Shown: in pieces, positions 20,905-35,144 of the stretch
Position numbering within the stretch: the stretch's first letter is position 1
How the letters are laid out: each line of letters begins with the position of its first letter
Source: Trichoplax adhaerens
Taxonomy: Eukaryota; Animalia; Placozoa
Assembly: GCF_000150275.1 (NCBI RefSeq)
Contig: NW_002060956.1
Location: forward strand, 587,379 to 651,378
Direction of reading: 5' to 3'
DNA: 64,000 bases
Notes under the pieces: generated by a model
What the model saw: only the letters and a program-made list of their open reading frames with translations
The model's database searches: none
Told to the model about the DNA's origin: nothing
Program-made: the position numbers and the translations under genes

Positions 20905-23900
20905 ATGGACGAATTACCTCAGGTTGACTCCGATAACAAGCCCTTGATCTTTCACGATGATGCGATATCTAATCACCCAAACACCCAATCTCCCATCAAG
21001 ATGAATGAAGATTGCATAGAAGATAATGATATTACAGTAAGAGATCATGAGATCAATCCATTTCAAGCCAGCAGTGATCAAGCTGGTCCGATGGAAAACG
21101 ATCATGATAGATCTTTAGTTGGCAACATTGTTTATGCTCCAAACCAGATGGAAATCGATACGAATAGCAATTTAAATCGAGGTAAGTTCTACTACAGTAG
21201 ATGCTATACTAGTACTCGCCAAGTTATCCATGACTTTATCTTCATAGTGATTAGATCAGAGATGGAAATATTGCTAATATACATTCTGTACTATGGCGTT
21301 TCTTTCACATGATGAAATTATTATATTCAGACTTCAGCTTAAACATCCCTTGAGATATTGCTGATCCTTGTGTATGCTGTAACACAGATTGCAGAAATGG
21401 CTGAGCTTTCTAAGATTGCAACTCTTCTTCCTATCGTTTAACAGATTGTCGTTATAGTCGTATTTGTACTGTACAGTATAGCTAATTAATTATCAACTTA
21501 GTCAAATTGTGCTTTCGATATAACTTCGGCCAGTCACATCACTTAACCTACAAAAACCAGGATACATACAGTATAATGGACATGCTCATGTGCCTTATAG
21601 TTAGTGCTCCAGCTATGGTATGTTCCCTGGCCTCTAATTTCTAATTTAGTTAATGTTGCCGATTCAATATCGCTAGGTAGACAAGAACTAGAGGATCATT
21701 ACAATTATAAATTAGTTGGTCATATTGTAGATCTGTATGTCATGTTTGTTATTTCACTCTCTATAATTCTAAGGAAAGGATTTCAGATTTTAAAATATAT
21801 CTCAAGCAAAGTTAAAAGATTTAGAATTTCCTTGAAATTGTTAATCAGTTCTTTTATTTGATATTGATCGAACAATTGTAGCGGCAGATGAAGTAAAGAT
21901 AGTGGAATTGACATTTGATACACAAAAGACGAGCTTAAATGCTAATTTGTATGAATCTAGCTCAATCAAACCGGTAGAGAAAGATGTCAGGTAATGCGAT
22001 AACGCGTTTAGTAAACAGGTTTTGAAGCTCTATTACTAATATAGACGAAGTGAAGTGTCTAATCATGAGTCTATTTCTAAAGTATGCAGAGGTTTTTGCA
22101 TTATATCTTATACTACATCTTGAATGTGACAAATGTCGTGAGCCATTCCATTATCTATTTGATTAACGTTAGTAAAAGCAATACAGATGAAACATTTGCT
22201 GTCTCTGGACAAACGGATACCTTATTACAAGGTAGATGTGAATGTAGTTTGAATTAGTCCGTTTTAAAATTGTTACAATTGCAAGTAAGAGACAGTTTTA
22301 AGGTTGCTATAATAATTTATGGTATTATCGATCTTAACAGTATCGTGTAGTGATACGCAGGAAAATAACGAAATGCAAATATCAGAACCAGCAATGGATT
22401 ATTTTGGTGATGAAGACGGTGAGATAAGGTCAGTGATAATACGAGTAGATGCACTTATAAGCGTTTGAAGTAGGATTTAGTCACATCTTGGATACATTAG
22501 TATAGTGACTGATGGAATTAAAATTTCAGGTCTAACACTTCTATCCATAAAGATGAAAGTGAGAACCGCAAGTCTGATGCCCAATGTCAGCCTTTGTTAG
22601 CTGATTCCCAGCCGCAGTTAGAATCGAATATGAAAGTTTGTCAAGAAGATGAAAACGCATTAAAAATGCCTATTCATCCATCTGTGCCAGAAGGTCAGAG
22701 TGATGAAGATGAGTTACCATCATCTAGTGACTCTAGCGATAATGAAGGATCTGACAGTTGCCGGTCTTTAGATGGCAACGTCGAAGAGATAGGGTAAAGT
22801 CTGTCATAAATAATTGCCACTACTGATTGGATCTTTTAAATATTAATTTTTAATGATTGATCCATGGAACAGACCTGATAAATTTCGTTCAGCTCCAACG
22901 GTGGAAGGAGAACTAACATTAGAGGTAATAGTTCTTCTGATCAGTCATTTTATCTGTTATGTTGTAACATAGGTTGAAGATAAATTCCTAGATATGATGT
23001 TCAATCTGTCATTCTAACTCTCTGACTCATATTAGAATCTACCTGAAGTGGAAGAAATTGATTTCAAATTAGATGAAAGCATTGCTATGCAAAATATTGG
23101 ATCAATATCTTCAGTGATAGATACCTTAGGTAAATTCGCTTTCTCGTGACAATCTATATATAGGTTATCACATGCGTTAGTTTTTCATAATGATCATTTA
23201 TTCATATCTACTTCATCCAGTATCTTTCGATTTGTTGTGAATGAGTTACTGACTTTCAATGCATTGACATTAATTATAGTTATTGTGAAGGCCAACGCAC
23301 TAGCTCCTGCACTAGATATCGATTCTCTATTATTTCTGGAAAATAGACTCTGCATAGGAAAGGTCGGTACTTACGCTTTCTGTAGCTTTTTATTAAACAC
23401 CGGATTTCGATAGCTATTTACAAAGTAGTTGTTATATGCTTATTGATATACTCGTACTATTTGCATCAATAACTTTTCTCACTATCTAGGATTTGTGTAT
23501 CCGATATAAATTCATTCTGAAAGCTTCATTAAAGTGACGAGTGAATATGTTATTGATATTATATTATGCTAATTTCGTATCATACTGTGTAGATCTTTGA
23601 AACATTTGGCCCTGTAAATTCTCCTTATTACTCTCTCCGATTTAATTCGAAATCGGCGATAGAAAGAATGGACCTTATTCCATCTATCGTAGTATATTCT
23701 GCGCCTGAGGTAAAGGATTTCACAGGCTATGTCTTAATCGAACAATTACGCCGGTTAGTTGCTACCAATTGGATTGTAGATTACCCATATATTATACTTA
23801 ATAAAGCAGTTATTTAAGAAACAAAACAGTATTCCTAATGTATCGGTGTGATTTTGTTGGATAGGGTTAAAGGCTCCGATGCATCCTGGAAAAATGATAT

Positions 23901-24759
23901 CGAGCCACCACCTGATGTTAGGAGTTATTCTCTACGAATAAAAGCTATCGTAACGTGCACTGAAAGCTTGGTAGTTAAAATTGATCTTTTTTTTACAGCA
24001 TATTGAGTATTCTGATGATGAAAAAGAAAGGCAAGAAAAAGCACGCTTAAGAAATAATGGCAAGGATAACCTGTAAATGGACTATTTGTCTATATGCTCT
24101 CGTTAAGATTTTGCATGCTATTATTTCATAATTTTATAATTTTACGACTAACATTGAACTTCCTTATCAGACCCCAGAGTGATAAAAAACCCAAGAGTAA
24201 CAAGCGTAGAGGTAATAAAAGGCAATATGATAGACAACATGGCGTTAATCAAACCGGATTTAATAGAGGTATGCAGTATTATTTCAGAGTTCAAATTATG
24301 TAATATTTAAAAGGTCCAATAGAACCATTTCCGATGTTAAAATATCTTACAGGTCACACACGCAATAGCTACGGACTTTTTGGGTCTAACAGTAAACTGC
24401 AACAGAATTCTTGGAATAACCCTCGTAACCGCTCTGATAAATCTGATTTTACGCCTACATCATTTAATTTTAATGGAAATTACGCCTATCAAATGCCTGT
24501 TCAATTTAGTAATAATTCGTACACATATCCACTTAATGCAACGCCTACAAATTCTAATCAACCTTCAAGTTATATGCCTAGTCATTCGATGATTCCTGGG
24601 CAATCCCAACTAGGCTATACCTACAATGAACAATCTAGGCCGACAGTGCCACAGTTTTCGAGCCCCTACGAAATGTATCAATCGTATAGCTCGACAGGAA
24701 CTGTGTCTTATAACCAGCCATGGTTACCGCCAGATCCTAAGGCAGATCATGAGCAGTGA
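20905..24759 (+). CDS. NAF1: H/ACA RNP assembly factor NAF1 (multi-exon)
   Basis: Acidic low-complexity N-terminus, then the Gar1/Naf1 domain across exons (PTVEGELTLENLPEVE, IGSISSVIDTLVIVKA, LDIDSLLFLENRLCIGKIFETFGPVNSPYYSLRF). Followed by VKGSDASWKNDIEPPPD, IEYSDDEKERQEKAR and a Pro/Gln/Tyr-rich tail ending at TGA 24757-24759. N-terminal exon boundaries are less certain. Confidence 0.92.
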
Positions 24760-25847
24760 TAGCCTACTACTTACATCTACTCAAACAGTTTTAACTTACA
24801 CAATGGCTAATGTAAGATATTGATCATAGTTTCATAGATGTTAGACATATACACGTATATATATATATTTTATTATAAAAGTTTATGATGCTTTTGTATT
24901 TATATGATATATACTATATATAGTCATATCACAGTAAAAGTATAGATACTACATATGTAGCAATAAAATGTCATTATGGTTGAATTTACTTCGTTATTTC
25001 GGGATAGAAATCCAAAAAAGGCATACATTTGATGTCAATGGTACGAGTATCGTTCTATCTGCTACATAACATACTGTAGATGTAGCTTACATGACTCGTA
25101 GCCATTACTGTAATTAATATAATGCGAGATAAGTAAAAATATATTTATTTTGTAACTGGTATCTATCGTAGTATATAAGTTACGTAACATTTCCACGGAT
25201 ATAAAGTATGAATGCCAAATATCAACTCTTCTAAGTGATATCTATTTTGGCTTATAATGGCCATATAATAATATAGTAACATAGAAGTATATCAACATTT
25301 ATAAGATATATATTCATCAAACGCGTTTTATGCTGCTGTAGTGATTTTATTTCCTTTTATAGCTAAGAAACACATTTACATTATTTGCAGTTGAATAAAA
25401 ATACGTCACATTAGAAATCTCGTAACATCATACCAGTCTGATACCACAAGATATCCTTCAGTTATTACTGTAATTATAAATTTAAAATCATAACATCTTT
25501 AATTTATTTATCTCCGTAGCTTTCTTAAGAATTCGAGCTCCAATTTTTGCTACTCTTATAAATATTAAGTGATAAATCAGATCTTTATAGTACCGTTTGA
25601 TATCTATAGTTGATAATACGCTTTAATGATAAGAGTACAGCGTAACATTCAATTATAAATCGTAGTCACTACAGTCAAACGTTATACAAATTTATTACAA
25701 AGCAGCAAATACTTATCGCTAGAAAAATATCACGGAAGTATGATACAGCTTATTTTACAACTATACTAACCGGCATACCAATAGATTCTTAATTAAATAA
25801 ATGAGACAATAGTTTATCTTTATTATTAGCATTAAGTAAAAATTATG

Positions 25848-28515
25848 TTATGAAGACCAATTCGGTGTTGAGAATGTGGGTTTCTCTTTCTGCCAAATCA
25901 TTTGACCGAAGTGATAAGTCACAGCTAACGTACCCCCAATTGCTGCAGCTAAAGCAGTCGCTCTAATTCCACCTATAGATCAATTGAAATAGATGCTATG
26001 AATTGAAACTGTTCACATTTAATATTATTATCAGGAAATAAAGTACTGTGCTAATGTAATTGGTACAAGAAACGATGTAGTGTTGCATGTCGTATTTAGA
26101 ACATACCAGTAGATTTGAAAATAGCGCCGGTCAAGACAGCAGCACCGACTGTGTTGTAGGGATTATCTTCATCTTCTTTCTGGGTGACTTTACCTAGAAT
26201 TGTCTCTGTACACGTATACAATAATGCTACATGTACATAGTGACAAACAAACACATATTAATACAGCAAAGTATCCAATATAGAGAGTAGAATCGATATG
26301 TTCAATTTACAAATACTGTACTGTCTAGATGAAGCGATACATATACAAGTATATTGGGTATTCATACAGTGAGGAAACATTGCTAATTAACTATAATCTA
26401 TCAAGTAAATTGATTTGTCACTTTTATGTGGGTAGGATTAAAATACAACGTTTAAAATTGGCTGTACAGCAAATAATATTGTTACGTAATCAGTATATCA
26501 CGCACGCTATGGTTAGATGCAATCAGATTCAAGATGATTTACCTATACAGCCCAAGCTGTTGCCAACGAAGGGTCCTCTTCGTGTGCAACTATTTAAAAT
26601 GCCGTTAATTCTAAGTTTCATTGTATTTCCGTGAGGAGTTCTTAAACCTTCGAACAAACCCCACGCTCCACCACATGTAATACCTATTAATAACCGATTA
26701 ATATTTGGTAAGGCGAAAAATTATAAAAAATCAAGTGATGTAAGCATTCTCCCTTAGGTTAATATGTAGCACATTATAATATGATCATTCAATCTTAATA
26801 TGGTTAATGCTTTTTAGGCTACTCTAGTAGTCACGTTAAATGATTATTTAATGAGTACCAATCATATAAGATGATCCAACATTAGAGAACATCCTTTCAC
26901 CCCAACTTCTCCTTTTGACGGGTTCACCAGCAAATATGAACTCTGAACCATCCTGATGAGATAAGTAAAACGAAACGCTATTAGTGATAAATCATTAATC
27001 GACTTTTTTTGCATTTCAAGTGTTCAGAAAGTATAGTCCATTTAAAAGTCTCCTTCCATACAGTAATAGCAGCCTTAACATACCTGATGTAAGGAGCGAG
27101 GATCGATATTCATATATGGAGAAAGCAAGGCCTTATTCGTGGATGATACTGTTTTGATGATAGGTAAAAAAAATAACATGAGGTTTGGTGAACGTCTGGC
27201 TATCAATCGAGTACATTACGAATGTAATTTTACAAGTTAAGTAGGAGCAACCAATAGTGACTATCCGTGGCAGTAATATTGTCATCTTTTATAGCTCATA
27301 TTTTACAGTCCGTGATAAATCATATCGCTAACAATGCAATTGGACTACAGCCGTTGATGAAATTGCTTTCCAAATAGCAATGTCATCGATACAGAGATTA
27401 TTTAATATTCATGATTGAGCGCAATCCTTGGTCAAAATTGAGCAACAGTTGCTCAAAAGCGTTCGCAGGAGTAATAAAAGGGGTCCTACTTTAATATAAC
27501 TGTATTAACCTGACTGTTGCGATAATTCCTACAATCATTTAAAGATGTGATTTTTAAAATTATTGATGTCCAGATGTACTCTACAATATGATGCAATCGG
27601 CCATTCGCATAATCTGTGCATACAGGCGATTGAATAATATAGTCTAGTAGTATAATACTGTATTTTCAAGCTAGCTAGTTCAAAGCGGTCAAATTTTCAC
27701 TTTAATAGATATGTGAATGGTTGAACGTCATAAAACTGGGATTAGTAACTCAAGTTACGGATCCAATAGAATGGATATAACACGTTGATTAATTACCTTC
27801 GAAATTCACCTAGTAAGAATTTTTACTCAACTCATGATCCACATAAGATATGGTGAGTACTGGTGATGGTGGTCTAATGAATCAGTATTACGGCTATAGT
27901 CAATCCTCGATTTCAAATTCAATTGGATTAGATTATCATTTTGTTGAATTTTCAAAGTTTACTTATGACTAGAAAGGAAAAATTATTCTACATCATTGTT
28001 GATGGAAAAAGTTGAAGGATCGATATCCTATTCAAGTTGAACATCTGTGTCTCAAACATGAATCGTCTACAGAGTACATCCTGCCTGTCTATAGTAGAGT
28101 ACAGTCATGAAATGGTGTCCACTGATAGCGTGGATTTAATATCGATCTTTGTAGAGAAATGATACTCCTTGTCACACATGTCTTCAAGATAGGCAGCAAC
28201 TGTTACTAATAACACCTGCCTTTTGGTGACAATAAGCAATGGCTTCAATGATGGATCATTCAACTGGCACGACAGCAAAAGCAAGCGCGATGCCTGCTTG
28301 CACTAAGCTGCCATAACACCATGTGCGAGTATAAGGCGTATGATGCAATGAGCTACTTTCATCAATCATGTCATGTCCAAATCGACCATCATTTCATTGC
28401 GTAGTATCCAATTGTAAAATAGAATTCTATCTCAATACTTACATGATGCAGACATGGTTGGATCTGTTGACGAATAGTCTCTTGAATAGCCATCTTTTCC
28501 GTAGTCGTCAGACAT
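25848..28515 (-). CDS. TIMM23: Mitochondrial inner membrane translocase Tim23 (6 exons)
   Basis: Exon 1 (28515-28443, MSDDYGKDGYSRDYSSTDPTMSAS) splices in phase to LSPYMNIDPRSLHQ / DGSEFIF...RRSWGERMFSNVGSSYMIG / ITCGGAWGLFEGLR...KLRINGILNSCTRRGPFVGNSLGCI / NTVGAAVLTGAIFKSTG / GIRATALAAAIGG...-TAA at 25848-25850. Confidence 0.94.
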
Positions 28516-28569
28516 GATGTGGACTTGTCGCTTTGCTTGCACTTGGTAGCCGCCGCTTCGCCCAATTTT

Positions 28570-29846
28570 TTACAACATGGACACTGGACAGATTGGATAT
28601 TGACTTGATGGATTGCGATCTGGATACAGTGTACAGTGCCCGGACTGTACTGTACACTGTACACTGTACTGGGTTCGTTATTACAGTGCAGTACGGCATG
28701 GACACTGGACAGATTGGATATTGACTTGATGGATTGCGATCTGGATACAGTGTACTGGGTTCGTTACAGTGCAGTACGGCCATGGACACTGGATAGATGG
28801 GATATTGACTTGATGGATTGCGATCTGGATACAGTGTACCGGGTTCGTTTTTACAGTGCAGTACGGCCATGGACACTGCCCGGACTGTACTGTACACTGT
28901 ACACTGTACTAGGTTCGTTAGTAAATCGTTACAGACTTGCAGTACTGTACAGTACGGGTACTGGTACCGGTACAACATGGACACTGGACAGACTGGATAT
29001 TGACTTGATGGATTGCGATCTGGATACAGTGTACAGTGCCCGGACTGTACTGTACATTGTACACTGTACTGGGTTCGTTATTACAGTGCAGTACGGCATG
29101 GACACTGGACAGATTGGATATTGACTTGATGGATTGCGATCTGGATACAGTGTACTGGGTTCGTTTTTACAGTGCAGTACGGCCATGGACACTGGATAGA
29201 TGGGATATTGACTTGATGGATTGCGATCTGGATACAGTGTACCGGGTTCGTTACAGTGCAGTACGGCCATGGACACTGCCCGGACTGTACTGTACACTGT
29301 ACACTGTACTAGGTTCGTTAGTAAATCGTTACAGACTTGCAGTACTGTACAGTACGGGTACTGGTACCGGTACAACATGGACACTGGACAGACTGGATAT
29401 TGACTTGATGGATTGCGATCTGGATACAGTGTACAGTGCCCGGACTGTACTGTACACTGTACACTGTACTGGGTTCGTTATTACAGTGCAGTACGGCATG
29501 GACACTGGACAGATTGGATATTGACTTGATGGATTGCGATCTGGATACAGTGTACTGGGTTCGTTTTTACAGTGCAGTACGGCCATGGACACTGGACAGA
29601 AGAGATATTGATTTGATGGATTGCGATCTGGATACAGTGTACACTGTACAGTGCCCGGACTGTACTGTACACTGTACACTGTACTAGGTTCGTTAGTAAA
29701 TCGTTACAGACTTGCAGTACAGTACGGGTACTGGTACCGGTACAACATGGACACTGGACAGACTGGATATTGACTTGATGGATTGCGATCTGGATACAGT
29801 GTACAGTGCCCGGACTGTACTGTACACTGTACACTGTACTGGGTTC
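28570..29846. repeat. Higher-order tandem repeat: about 3.2 units of ~400 bp, each with three ~60-bp cores and GTACW-rich linkers
   Basis: The core CATGGACACTGGACAGATTGGATATTGACTTGATGGATTGCGATCTGGATACAGTGTAC starts at 28576, 28697, 28781, 28976, 29097, 29184, 29376, 29497, 29584 and 29746. The unit period is exactly 400 for 28576/28976/29376. Confidence 0.97.
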
Positions 29847-32800
29847 TGGCAACCAAGGACCTGGTTACAATAACCAGTACGGGTACTAGGTACTGTATTA
29901 GATCAGCAAAACGTACAAAAATGGATTATTAACTTAAGTTAAATTAAAGGGCCTTGTCCTCGTGACTCTAGTCCGTCCCCTTTGGCATTTCAGGCATACT
30001 AAACAGTCAAAAAAGAATAGAGTACAGTATGGTCATTTTCTGGTACGCAGTCCATGACCAATTGACCATGACGGTACGGTACACTACTGTAGGTGCGCAC
30101 GTGGTGGGTTGAACCACCGTACCAAAATCAACCTTATACAGTACTTTATACTGCCACTAGTACTGTACTCTAGATAGACCTGTCAGAGGTTCGGTGAGCG
30201 TGATCTTTTTCTTATTCCATTCTTGAAGATCAAGTCAAACACTTTAGAATTAACCAATGTAACATAATAGTATACATCTATGAGAGCTTACTATTTCCAC
30301 ATATCAAAAATTTTTCGGATTTTGTCAAAAGTTGCGCTCGTACAGAATATTACAGAATGTGCTAATTGATCGGTTTGGAAAGGATCACAGTGTACAGTAC
30401 TGTACACTGTGGGGGCTTTCTTCTAGTAGTCCATGGCCTTGACTGCGCGCGCAATGGCGGAATCGACTGATGGTCACATTATTTTCTGTCTGTCAATCGG
30501 TCTGTTTGTACTTCAAACTGGTCCTAGCTGCACTGTACTGGAAGAAAACGAAAGAGAAGGACAAGAAGCCGCCATTTACTTCACTATGCTGAAAACAGAG
30601 GGCCGACAATTTTACTGATCATTTCAACTCAAACGTCTATCCGAAACGATACCCTATATGTAGACTGTCTATGATTGTCATCCTAATGACCTGCTTGCTT
30701 GCTTTTGTAGAATACAGTATTAGAATGATCAGCAACATAATTGAACGAGCTAGGCACCAATAACATTATATTGGCAGAACTATCAATATACAGCTCAGTA
30801 GAACATGGCGTGTTCACGGCCTAGGCTTAGCTCAGCTATACATCAGCACACTAAACTAAACCATAAATAGACATATCGATCGACGAGAAAACGATCTGGA
30901 TAGCTCTACCTTTCAAATTGAAGTCATCAATACGCTAATAGCCTAATACTGCAAATTTCTCATAGCAATGTCACTCAAATTCAATTACTACACTCTCCAT
31001 CTCTTGTGATGTAGTATACCATGTAGGGTATTAGCCCAACAATGAATAGATTCTCGCAAGTAAGAATCGATTTAATACTTTAATCTTGAAAATCCCCTCT
31101 CAACATAATTAGACGTCATGTAAACTACTTTCATTCCCCCCCCCCAAAATATGGGATATTATTTTACAAATTGTGCCTTGTGATAATACTCTACCTTGTC
31201 GTTCCGCACCTATTAAGGAAGATTGATATAGAAAGGATCAATGCATGAGCCAGTAGATGCGCATATGTTGCTTTCATCATGTTATCAAATAGGAGGTTAA
31301 GAATGATGACTCATGGATGGCCATCATAATTTACCATTTATACAATTTAGAGATTAAATCGTTTTCCGTAGGATAGAATATGATGTCAATCACTTACATA
31401 CCTGGTCACTGACATAGAGATACATCTGTATGCTAATCAATCAATCCTTATTACATTATAATAAGCTTTATAAAGTAAGTAACTAGTATCATATCATATA
31501 TTACAGAGCGAGAAAGAGAAAATAATTTTATTATCCAATAAACTTCAATACCATGAAATTTCTCATAAAAACCTGAATATTTCAGTTTTCAGTCACAGCC
31601 ACACATTAATTTGGCTTAAGAAATAAATCATGCATGTTACAATGTTAAAGGAAAAAATAACATATACTTTTAAATCGACTCATAACAAGGTGCGGGGTTT
31701 TATAGCTTGTACAATATGTATCAAAAATAAAATTGTTATAATTTTTACAGCGAGCTGACAGCGTTCTTGATGGACTGTATTTTGAGCGACCTCAGTAATA
31801 TTCATAGTCCAAAAGTCTTACTAATTGAATCGAATGAACTACTGGAAAATGCAATCTAGTTACGGTTTGAGTAAATTGTACATAGGTCGAGTCTAATTTT
31901 TTTCGCTTGATCAGGTATAAAATAGCTAAAGTGTATCACATATATTGCATAAAACAATCTACTAGTCCTATAAGAGGACTTAAAATTGCAATGTAAAACC
32001 CAAACAGTCATTTTATAACATTTACGTAATCTTTCATGAATAATAATCACATACACTACATCCAAGCCAGAAATATGCTATTAATTTAGCTTACAAATAT
32101 ATTTAAACATGGCGCTATAATGAGATTTTAAAGCTCTTCGGTTGTATGTTAAATATATTAAGCGATGTTATAATGAAATTATTAAAACAGCGAAGGAATA
32201 TCAAGCCACATGGGGAGTATAATTCAGTATACAAGTCACTCTGATCATTAATTTGTATTTAATACTTAAATTTTATCAATAAATTAACATAAAATTAAAT
32301 TGCCGATTAAAAAGCTCTCACCGTTATTTGATCGAGTAAGTGCGAAAATAAGGCTGTCTAACCATTTTAAAGTTAAGCCGTTAACTATCTAAACATGAAG
32401 TATAATAGAGTGAGTACTTTATTAATTTTCCCTATGCTATCTTCAATCGTCATTTACTACACTGGAAGCGTGAACAATATGAAGTATTTACTGTGCTGCT
32501 TTGCGGTAAAGTAATGAGGCGAAAAGTCGCTTCGTTTATTGTATTCTTGTGTAACATGTTGAAAGCTTTACCGCACAAATAATTTACTCACATTAAAAGA
32601 AAAGCTACGAAAAGAAATCATTTTTTTTTACTCAGGCGAGAAGAAGATCATACTCATTTTAAATGCGAAATTAGGTTACGACAAAAAGGCTATCCTCATC
32701 ATATGTATGTATATCATTAGCCATCTTGCTTTACAACTGCTAGATTGAGAAGCACTCCTGTTTTACCTGCGCTTAATAAAAAGTGAATAAATAGGCCACT

Positions 32801-33859
32801 GATAAATTGCGCATCCGAACACAAGCAATCTGCATTTGCTTTAATTAAACAGGCACCGTGGGAATATCATGTTAATTTAAATTTCCATTTATGATATTCT
32901 TTAGCTCTGGTACTGACTAGTCATATATAATCCGATAAAATGTAAGTCGATGTACATTGTACAGTTCTGGCAAAGGTGAATGATTTAGTATGCGATCATT
33001 AGGTAGCAACAATATAGATTATTTTATTTATATTATTATTATAAGGATATATGTTACTGTATTACTATTAATTATTTCTAGACAGCCATACATTTCATTA
33101 GATATTGATGACTAAATCATTTTGTATCTATCTCAGTCAATAACTACTATGTGAAATATAGTGATTTCTTTGAAGAAAAATTGATCCCTTTACCCTGATA
33201 TTACACCATGAAGTTATTCATAATGAAGACTAAGCGAGTCGATACAGTAATACATTTAGCCTTGAAGAATCTTGAGGTATATAAATACCAAAACTCATTC
33301 ATTGCAATGACGATTACGCTTACTGTTTAATAACGACAGCTGTGAAGTCGATAATGCGAAGTCTTCTACATGATCAATCTGTGATTAGTAAAATTTTGCC
33401 TTATAAGTACAATATTTAAACTCGCTGACTATAGTTACGATTTAATGGACTCATTTTCATGATATTAAATAAAGCTGTATTAAATATCACGTAATATAAT
33501 TTGATCTTCTTAGAGAACAATTTCTTTTGTAAGCCTGTGACGCCCTTTATTTTAGAAAAAGATTAGTTTTACATTCTCGCATGCTCTTAATATAAAGGTG
33601 AGCACAACAGTGTTGTACAGCCGAATACTGAAATAGGAGAGAAGAGCTAATTTGCACTTCTAAAGTACTCGCTCATATACCTTATAATATTTATGGCCTT
33701 ACAAGCAATAGGATGATAAAAATATTATATTTAAATAACTGCAGTACCTATATATTACTTCTATGCCTTGTTTACAGATTAACTATATTATAATACGTCT
33801 ATCGGTGACGACATAGAACCATAGTATAGCTTAGCATACGTTATTTATGGTAATTCATG

Positions 33860-34810
33860 CTCAGAAAAAGATTACTAGATACTTCAGTCTCTAACATAAT
33901 ACACAAGAAGTATTTACAAATTTATCCTTATTCTGCAATACGATGTTCAGTTTCTTTACACTGATATTCCAATTTTCTGATAACAGTGAAATAGTTTCAA
34001 GTTAAATTACTGCATGAACTATGAACTGAGCAGGGTAACTATTTGAAAAGATTACGCCTATTAAAATTTGATTCTTTAATAATGTTGGATATTTTTTAAA
34101 CTAATATTTTACATTCATCTCATCTTTCGCACGAGCTTTAGTTTCTGACGATACTGAAATTGTTTCAAACCAAAATTACTACATTAAATGTATATTGTAT
34201 CTATTGCTTGAAAATATTGCCTCAATTATATTTCCATTTATTAAAAGCATTTTACAATACTTTTCAATCAAATATTTCACTTTATCCCATCTTTTACAAG
34301 AGTTTTAATCTACTGACAATGTTGAAATAATTTCAAATCAAGCCGCTGAGTATTGAGTTTAGTACTGAGTTTTAATTACAATCTATTACTTTAAAAGATT
34401 ATCAATATTATCCAACTATATTTCACTTATATTAAATCCATCCGTGACAAATTTAATCATGAACATGAAGATTTTTGCCATCAAATTGATTCCCGTAAAT
34501 TACGATAGTAATTATTATTCCAATTCTCCATGATAAAATCAATCATATTTTATTTTATTAATATTTAATGATCCAATTCCAATCACGTTATAATTAGTCA
34601 GTGGCGTTATTTCACGTATGCTCGTGACTGATGTTCAAGGAGAAAACTATCAAGGCGATCATAATAATATAAAATCAATTGAACATATTCAATTACGGGA
34701 AATGTTGACTATTACAAAACTACATCATTCTAGATCATTATTTTATCGATTTGAAATCATCTGAATTGATGATTGACGCAATAAAATCGTCATAATATTA
34801 ATTACTCAAC
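33860..34810 (+). pseudogene. Probable decayed leucine-rich-repeat gene fragment
   Basis: Degenerate repeat with 168-bp (56-codon) period, anchored on CTGA at 33977, 34145 and 34313. Translation gives LRR-like LIMLDIF*TNI, FLTILKLFQTKITTL, LLTMLK*FQIK, and after a frameshift HNNIKSIEHIQLREMLTITKL. Many in-frame stops. Confidence 0.5.
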
Positions 34811-35144
34811 CTCAATAATGACTGATGGTATCTGATGAACTTTTGTTTCAACAGATACATTCTAGATCCTGGCATTAATATTAATCTATAGTATAGGTCA
34901 AGGTAGCTGGGTCACTACTACAATAACAGTCAAATGTACATCATTAAATAGTAACGTCGACACTAATCTCAATGACAATATACTATTTAAAAGGATATTT
35001 TTCTTATCGTTTATTTATTTATTATCTCTATAAATAGTGATGATACGAGAAAATAAATTAAACAAACTCAACCTAGTGTACTAACAATGTCATTCTAGGA
35101 AAGAGTGAGTAAACTGAGTAGTATAAACTAGCTAATAATAATTT

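Noticed and set aside
21309-21404. Box C/D snoRNA in a NAF1 intron (ATGATGA...CTGA)
   Set aside because: No terminal stem or recognisable rRNA guide. These short boxes are common in AT-rich DNA.
28260-28325. Hairpin in TIMM23 intron 1 (miRNA or H/ACA candidate)
   Set aside because: Stems are short and interrupted, with no correctly placed H or ACA boxes.
28576-29846. CRISPR-like array (constant core with variable spacers)
   Set aside because: The linkers are themselves repeated and low-complexity, the core is ~60 bp, there are no cas genes, and the context is an animal genome.
28389-29852. Many 60-162 aa ORFs on both strands
   Set aside because: They are by-products of the stop-poor tandem repeat (YCTV/TVLY/STVQ translations of GTACW).
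30386-30411. RSS-like CACAGTG heptamers 12 bp apart (RAG/Transib)
   Set aside because: No nonamer and no transposase. The palindromic GTACW-type sequence explains it.
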